From assembly GCA_046598345.1 (NCBI GenBank), contig JBKJIT010000001.1, forward strand, positions 1 to 42,250: a DNA stretch of 42,250 nt. The letters are read 5' to 3'. The notes beneath the pieces are model-generated. The model ran no database searches. It saw nothing but the letters and a program-made list of their open reading frames with translations, and had not been told where the DNA came from. The DNA comes from Minisyncoccia bacterium (GTDB taxonomy: Bacteria > Patescibacteriota > Minisyncoccia > Phycocordibacterales > UBA918). The position numbers and the translations under genes were made by a program. This document shows, in pieces, positions 36,990 to 42,250 of the stretch; positions within the stretch are counted from its first letter, which is position 1, and the number at the start of each line of letters is the position of its first letter.

Positions 36990-37088
36990 GGGGCTCGAAG
37001 ACCTTGCTAGATACTTTTCGAACGAAGTGAACAAAAGTATCAGCAAGGTGTACTGAAACTGTAAGTTTCGAGCCCCTGTAGGCACCCC
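36990..37088 (+). repeat. tRNA-His-linked module: antisense T-arm, cassette B, duplicated 3' end
   Basis: GGGGCTCGAA-GACCTTGCT...GAACGAAGTGA...AGCAAGGT-GTACT-GAAAC-TGTAA-GTTTC-GAGCCCCTGTAGGCACCC. Confidence 0.85.
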
Positions 37089-37297
37089 AAATGAGATACA
37101 CCCTCATGGGCTTTTTTCGTGTAGGGGGGGCTAAGCAAGCAATCCTTTCTGAAATTGCGCGGGGTACTACGAGGTAAACTTTCGCTCGCCTCCCATTTAT
37201 TTCAGTATGGAAAGATTACCTTGATAGCAGCTATAAAAAAGTTGAAGGTGTGCATGTATCAGAGTGTTCAGGGCACCTTTCTTTATTTGTAGGAGAC

Positions 37298-37313
37298 GTA
37301 AAGTTTACTTTAC
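37298..37313. promoter_or_regulatory. Palindromic operator 1
   Basis: GTAAAGTTTACTTTAC upstream of the XRE regulator. Confidence 0.7.
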
Positions 37314-37331
37314 ATGCTATATATGTATAGT

Positions 37332-37553
37332 ATGGGTGTCGTGCATGAATCTATAAAAAATAAGGTGTCAGAATACCGAACGAGCATAGGTACAACCCAA
37401 GAGGAGTTGGCCAGTGAGGTTAATGTGAGCCGTCAAACAATAATTGCGCTCGAGAAAGGTAATTATGCACCATCTATATTACTAGCTCTCAAAATAGCCC
37501 ATTTTTTCGCTGTGCCTGTTGAAAAAATATTTATGATACATCATGAAAAATAA
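37332..37553 (+). CDS. XRE-family HTH regulator
   Basis: [30 protein letters not shown]. Confidence 0.93.
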   Translation: MGVVHESIKNKVSEYRTSIGTTQEELASEVNVSRQTIIALEKGNYAPSILLALKIAHFFAVPVEKIFMIHHEK

Positions 37554-37905
37554 TTTTCTTGAAATACTTACTACCGTCGGTCTCGTGCTCATTGCTGTTC
37601 TTCTCCTAAACCCGTTCGATTTTTGGATGCCTCAAATGATGGTTGTAGGACTGCTGGTTATTGCCCTTGTACTTTTTGGGGTATTTGCAATCTTTATTTT
37701 GCGCGAAAAGACTATTGATGAGCGGGATGCAGTACATAAAACTCTCGCAGGACGAAACGCATTCCTCGCTGGTTCTGCGGTTCTCATACTGGGGATTGTT
37801 GTTGAGGGGTATACGCATACGGTAGATTCTTGGATCGTTGGCGCTCTTGTTGTGATGGTTAGTACCAAGATTATTACTCTAATATGGAGCGACAAAAATC
37901 AGTAA
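37543..37905 (+). CDS. DUF2178-like membrane protein
   Basis: Four TM helices, DERD..H...AGR.AF motif; overlaps the XRE gene. Confidence 0.75.
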   Translation: MKNNFLEILTTVGLVLIAVLLLNPFDFWMPQMMVVGLLVIALVLFGVFAIFILREKTIDERDAVHKTLAGRNAFLAGSAVLILGIVVEGYTHTVDSWIVGALVVMVSTKIITLIWSDKNQ

Positions 37906-37925
37906 CACCGTAATCTTTGGAGAGA

Positions 37926-37945
37926 ATGTAAAGTTAACTTTACAT
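37926..37945. promoter_or_regulatory. Palindromic operator 2
   Basis: Perfect 20 bp palindrome ATGTAAAGTTAACTTTACAT upstream of msrAB. Confidence 0.75.
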
Positions 37946-37976
37946 TTAATTTTCTTTTGTATATACTGTTAGGTAT

Positions 37977-39581
37977 ATGATTAAGAAAACAATTATTGCA
38001 GGTATCGCACTACTATTCATTGGCTTTGGGTACTATGCTATCTCTCCAATTTTTAAGACGATTACTCTTAACGAAGAGGCTCCATCGATAGAGAATGTTT
38101 CTGAGGGTACAAATATGGCTGTGATATCAGCGAAGTATTCCGTTGTCGGAACGGTCGGACATCCAGCAGAAGGTACCGTAGAACTGATTGATTCCCTAGA
38201 CGGAAAGATCGTTCGGTACGAAAATTTTAAAACAATCAATGGGCCAGATTTATTTGTGTACCTGAGCAAGGATCTTGAAGGAAAAGAGTTCATTTCTCTT
38301 GGGGAAATACGAGCTACCGAAGGCAGTGTTAACTATACTGTTCCTTCTGGAGTGGATATTTCAGAATATAAATATGTAATGACATGGTGTAAGCAATTTG
38401 GAGTTCTCTTTAATTATGCAGACATTAGTTCAAGCCCGGTTGTTGATGATGAAAAAATGATGAAAGGTTCTGCGCAGGATGATGATGGAATAGGCATGCC
38501 GATTGAGAAGGCTCGGGAAGACAAGGAAGTGCTGGCACCTGATGCTGTCGTTTTGAAAACCGCACTTTTCGCAAATGGTTGCTTTTGGTGTGTTGAACAT
38601 GATTTAGAAGAAGTCGCGGGAGTTATTGATGTTGTTTCTGGATACGCTGGTGGATCTACGGAAAATCCAACGTATAAAGACTATTCAGTTAATGGTCATC
38701 GGGAGGTTGTGCTTGTCACCTATGACGCGCAAAAGGTAACGTACGACAATCTTGTTGAACATATTATTAAACACGGTGACCCCACTGATGCGGGAGGATC
38801 TTTCTATGATCGAGGAGCTGAGTATGCGCCCGCAATTTACTATGGGACAGAAGAAGAGAAAGCTGTAGCTCGAGAAGTTATCACTGCCGTGGACACACTC
38901 CGTGTGTTCCTTGAACCTTTGCCACTCATCGTAATTCCGCGCGTACCGTTTTGGCCGGCCGAAGAATATCATCAAGATTATGGGGAGAAAAACCCGCTCC
39001 GCTATTCGTATTACCGAAAGGGTTCTGGACGGGATGCGTTTATTGAAAAGTATTGGGGCGAGGAAGCGGGTACGTTTACTATCTCAAATGGACTTACTTC
39101 AAAAAAAAGTGTGCGGGAAACTAATACGAAGAAGTCCTGGGAATACTTTGTAAAACCAAGTGAGACTGAACTCCGAGCAACCCTTACTCCTCTCCAATAT
39201 GAGGTGACTCAGGAGGACGGAACTGAGCGACCTTTTACAAACGAGTACGATAAAAATTACGATGAGGGTGTGTATGTTGATGTTGTTTCAGGTGAACCAT
39301 TATTCCTATCAAAAGATAAGTACGACTCAGGTACAGGCTGGCCCTCATTTGTAAAACCAATCTCCGATGATGCAGTCATTCTCATAGTCGATGATGGGCT
39401 CTTTACGACACGAACAGAAGTACGTTCAAAATATGCTGATTCACACCTTGGGCACGTGTTTCCCGACGGTCCTTCTGAACGTGGCGGAAAACGATACTGC
39501 ATGAATTCTGCTGCACTTCGCTTCATTTCCAAAGCTGAGATGGAAGGGAACGCATATGCGTACCTCATTCCGCAGCTATAA
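37977..39581 (+). CDS. msrAB: Exported DM13-MsrA-MsrB fusion methionine sulfoxide reductase
   Basis: N-terminal TM helix; DM13 ([19 protein letters not shown]); Msr[14 protein letters not shown]; MsrB GWPSF, HLGHVF.DGP, RYCMNS. Confidence 0.92.
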   Translation: MIKKTIIAGIALLFIGFGYYAISPIFKTITLNEEAPSIENVSEGTNMAVISAKYSVVGTVGHPAEGTVELIDSLDGKIVRYENFKTINGPDLFVYLSKDLEGKEFISLGEIRATEGSVNYTVPSGVDISEYKYVMTWCKQFGVLFNYADISSSPVVDDEKMMKGSAQDDDGIGMPIEKAREDKEVLAPDAVVLKTALFANGCFWCVEHDLEEVAGVIDVVSGYAGGSTENPTYKDYSVNGHREVVLVTYDAQKVTYDNLVEHIIKHGDPTDAGGSFYDRGAEYAPAIYYGTEEEKAVAREVITAVDTLRVFLEPLPLIVIPRVPFWPAEEYHQDYGEKNPLRYSYYRKGSGRDAFIEKYWGEEAGTFTISNGLTSKKSVRETNTKKSWEYFVKPSETELRATLTPLQYEVTQEDGTERPFTNEYDKNYDEGVYVDVVSGEPLFLSKDKYDSGTGWPSFVKPISDDAVILIVDDGLFTTRTEVRSKYADSHLGHVFPDGPSERGGKRYCMNSAALRFISKAEMEGNAYAYLIPQL

Positions 39582-39583
39582 AC

Positions 39584-39610
39584 AAAAAAGCCGACGCGTG
39601 AACGTCGGCT
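39584..39610. terminator. Hairpin terminator
   Basis: A6-GCCGACG-CGTGAA-CGTCGGC. Confidence 0.6.
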
Positions 39611-40016
39611 GAAATTTCCTTCTACGTGAACAGTTCCTTAGTAGTCTTCCTGTAAGTAGATTGCAATACCCACGGGCATTTCGGTTTCAAAAACCGGATC
39701 TGTCTTTGCGATCGGCTCCAGGGGGACTGCTTCTTTCTCTTCGGGGAGATCGTTGTCTTGCTGTTCCATCGGTACTTCCTCCTGTGATTCTTTCGTTATT
39801 CGCGCCTGTGTCTGGCGAGGGATGTTTATACGTGCAAAGGCATTTTTTGTCAATCGCGTCACATCTGTGTGTGCTCTCTATCTGATACACTACAGGAGAA
39901 CGTATGAGAATCGTATGAGTACGCAAGATACTATTATTGTTGTCACATTCACCTTTCTTATTGGGGCAGGGATGGGCTATAACGTAGCCAAACTTATTTT
40001 TGGGTAATTAGTTTTT

Positions 40017-40400
40017 ATGAAGACATTTCTTACGGAATTTAAAGCATTTGCAATGCGAGGGAATGTTGTCGACCTCGCGATCGCGGTCGTTATCGGTGGA
40101 GCATTCGGAAAAATCGTCTCATCGCTCGTCGATAACATCATCACCCCATTCATTGGGCTCCTTATGGGTGGTGTAGATTTTAGTGGATTTGCCTTTACAT
40201 TTGGTGGTACAGCTGTCACGTACGGTAAGTTTCTCCAGTCCGTTTTTGATTTCGTAATTATTGCCTTCGTCATCTTCTTGGTAGTAAAAGGAATGAATCG
40301 CATGAAGCGAAAAGAGGACGAAAAGCCTGAAGAAAAACAGGCAGAACCAAGTGAGGAGATTAAACTCCTCCGTGAAATTAGGGACAGCCTCAAAAAATAA
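40017..40400 (+). CDS. mscL: Large-conductance mechanosensitive channel
   Basis: [37 protein letters not shown]. Confidence 0.97.
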   Translation: MKTFLTEFKAFAMRGNVVDLAIAVVIGGAFGKIVSSLVDNIITPFIGLLMGGVDFSGFAFTFGGTAVTYGKFLQSVFDFVIIAFVIFLVVKGMNRMKRKEDEKPEEKQAEPSEEIKLLREIRDSLKK

Positions 40401-40411
40401 GAAGAGAGAGG

Positions 40412-40447
40412 AAAAACCGGCCGAAGACTCTGTCTTCGGCCGGTTTT
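40412..40447 (+). terminator. Bidirectional intrinsic terminator
   Basis: AAAACCGGCCGAAGAC-TCT-GTCTTCGGCCGGTTTT. Confidence 0.8.
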
Positions 40448-40777
40448 CCGTACTTCAATACACGGGGAGAGATTCGGCAAGTCTTGCGCACGCCCGTATT
40501 CTGTTGCTATCCACACAACGGTTGTGGAATCAGGCTTCTACACTCATGATTCTAGCCATATTTTCCGAGGGGATCTCATTAAAACCCATAGTTTCAAAGG
40601 TTTTTGATGGTCCTTGCGAAATGCTATAATTCTTCTAACACACGCTTCTTGCTCTTCGTGTGGCGCACCTCAAGGTATTAGAAAAAGCTGCAGATTGGCC
40701 TGCAGTGTACTTCAAAACTCTCTCAAATATTCGCGGTTTGATGAGAGGCTTTTATTAACCCTTATACAAGAAAGGAT

Positions 40778-42250
40778 ATGATCACCCACATTATTAAGCG
40801 AAACGGAACCACGGTACCTTTTGATCCCAACAAAATTGTTATCGTGATGAAGAAGGCATTTGCTGCCGAAAATGTTTCCGTAGATGACACCGCACTCGAG
40901 CAGATGACCTCACGGGTGATCGCCAATCTGACTCGAATGCAAGAAGGGAAGAATGAGTATGCGACTGTCGAGCAAGTACAGGATCTTGTGGAGAACACGC
41001 TCATGGAGCGTGGGTATTTCAATGTTGCGAAGGCGTACATTCTGTATCGCTTTCGTCAGACTGAAGAGCGAAAGCAAGAGGTGGTCAAAGAAATCGAAGA
41101 GCAGCGTCTCATGGTTGAGCGCAGTGACGGCACACACGAACAATTTTCACGCGAAAAGATGCGGGCGTACATTGCGCGGTTTGCGCATGGGTACGAAAAG
41201 GATGTTGATCTGGACGCGCTCGCACTCCAGGTGGAACGAGAGGTGTATGAGGGAATTAAGACTTCCGAGATGGCAAAGCTCGTCACGCTCATTCTTCGTT
41301 CACACATTGAAGCGGATCCAGGATACTCAGTCATGGCAGCACGTCAGCTCTGCGAACGCGTGAGTGATGAGGCAATTGGGCGAAATCTCGGAGCGACACC
41401 GCAGGCGCGCAATGATGCGTACCGAAATGCTTTTGTGCGCAACATTAAGCGGGGGATTGAAGCAAAGAAGTATGACGAGAAACTCGCGGGATTTAACCTT
41501 GAGAAACTCGCACAGGCGATTGTTCCAGAGCGTGACGATCTCTTCAAGTATCTTGGTGTTGAAACACTGCACGATCGGTACTTTGTGCAGCTCCAAGATA
41601 AAACGATAATTGAAACACCTCAGATGATGTGGATGCGTGTCGCGATGGGACTTTCACTGAATGAACAGGATAAAGAAGCGCGTACGATTGAATTTTATGA
41701 TGCAATGTCTGAACTCCGTTTCGTGCCATCGACACCAACCCTCTTCCACTCAGGCACACCACACCCGCAGCTTTCTTCCTGCTACCTCAACTTGGTTGAG
41801 GACGATTTGAAGCATATTTTTAAGGTATATGGAGACAATGCGATGCTCTCAAAGTGGGCAGGAGGCATTGGGACGTGTTGGACGAAGCTCCGGGGGACAG
41901 GAGCACAGCTTCAGTCCTCTGGCATTACCTCACAGGGTATTATTCCGTTCCTTAAGATCGCAAACGATGTGACGGTCGCGATAAACCGCTCAGGGCGCCG
42001 CCGCGGCGCTACCTGCGTGTATCTTGAAAACTGGCACATTGACTTTGAAGATTTTCTCGAGCTCCGCAAAAATACCGGAGATGAGCGTCGTCGCACGCAC
42101 GACATGAACACTGCGTCATGGGTCTCAGATCTTTTTATGAAGCGTGTGAAGGAGGATGGTCAATGGACACTCTTTTCTCCAGAAGAAGCACCTGAACTTA
42201 CCGAAACATACGGGAAGCAATTTGAATCGCACTACGAGCGCTACGAGGAA
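40778..42250 (+). CDS. nrdA: Class I ribonucleotide reductase alpha subunit with tandem ATP cones (3' truncated by window; absent from the ORF track)
   Basis: AAAGGA RBS; translated by hand as MITHIIKRNG..FDPNKI..VEQVQDLVE..AKAYILYR, second cone VERSDG, ETPQ..WMRVAMGL, STPTLFHSGT..QLSSCYL. Confidence 0.95.
   Translation, partial: MITHIIKRNGTTVPFDPNKIVIVMKKAFAAENVSVDDTALEQMTSRVIANLTRMQEGKNEYATVEQVQDLVENTLMERGYFNVAKAYILYRFRQTEERKQEVVKEIEEQRLMVERSDGTHEQFSREKMRAYIARFAHGYEKDVDLDALALQVEREVYEGIKTSEMAKLVTLILRSHIEADPGYSVMAARQLCERVSDEAIGRNLGATPQARNDAYRNAFVRNIKRGIEAKKYDEKLAGFNLEKLAQAIVPERDDLFKYLGVETLHDRYFVQLQDKTIIETPQMMWMRVAMGLSLNEQDKEARTIEFYDAMSELRFVPSTPTLFHSGTPHPQLSSCYLNLVEDDLKHIFKVYGDNAMLSKWAGGIGTCWTKLRGTGAQLQSSGITSQGIIPFLKIANDVTVAINRSGRRRGATCVYLENWHIDFEDFLELRKNTGDERRRTHDMNTASWVSDLFMKRVKEDGQWTLFSPEEAPELTETYGKQFESHYERYEE

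Noticed and set aside
39638-40007. Small ORFs between msrAB and mscL
   Set aside because: A short acidic minus-strand peptide (MEQQDND...) and a short TM peptide on the plus strand are plausible, but the sequence alone cannot support either.
35712-40525. oriC suggested by DnaA-box-like sequences (35712 and ~40508)
   Set aside because: The boxes are isolated with no cluster, no clear unwinding element and no dnaA/dnaN nearby.
40762-42111. Several short ORFs listed in the track
   Set aside because: They are shadows of the nrdA frame starting at 40778, which lacks a stop codon inside the window.
1-42250. Alternative genetic code 25 (UGA=Gly)
   Set aside because: Conserved genes are full length under code 11 and uppS ends at TGA at the expected position.

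Overview
This 42 kb window looks like a Patescibacteria (CPR)/Parcubacteria-type chromosome. That assignment is inferred from the pilM-pilO block, tRNA-Arg(GCG), frequent leaderless genes and genetic code 11. (1) About 233-10906 is a ~10.7 kb integrative element in the 3' end of tRNA-Arg(GCG). It carries a C5 methyltransferase and putative endonuclease, a DUF3800 gene next to a structured RNA candidate, a wHTH regulator, a Prim-Pol/D5 primase-helicase and a large serine recombinase. The recombinase C-terminus appears to be swapped by integration. (2) About 12.1-25.9 kb holds a PLD/cardiolipin synthase followed by an unexpected lipid or small-molecule tailoring cluster: PAP2-like enzyme, desaturase, SnoaL-like protein, hydrolase, Rieske oxygenase, two B12 radical SAM enzymes, two GNAT-like proteins and a GH3 ligase, with its own FNR, IscU and IscS. 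(3) 26.4-42.2 kb is core genome: ruvX, pilMNO, acyP, uppS, RluA, rplS, DM13-msrAB, mscL, nrdA (truncated by the window) and five more tRNAs. All six tRNA loci are flanked by a recurring modular architecture: a hairpin, an antisense copy of that tRNA's own T-arm, a covarying structured cassette, and often a duplicated tRNA 3' end. I cannot assign this architecture to a named family. Products are called from motif recognition only; no searches were run.
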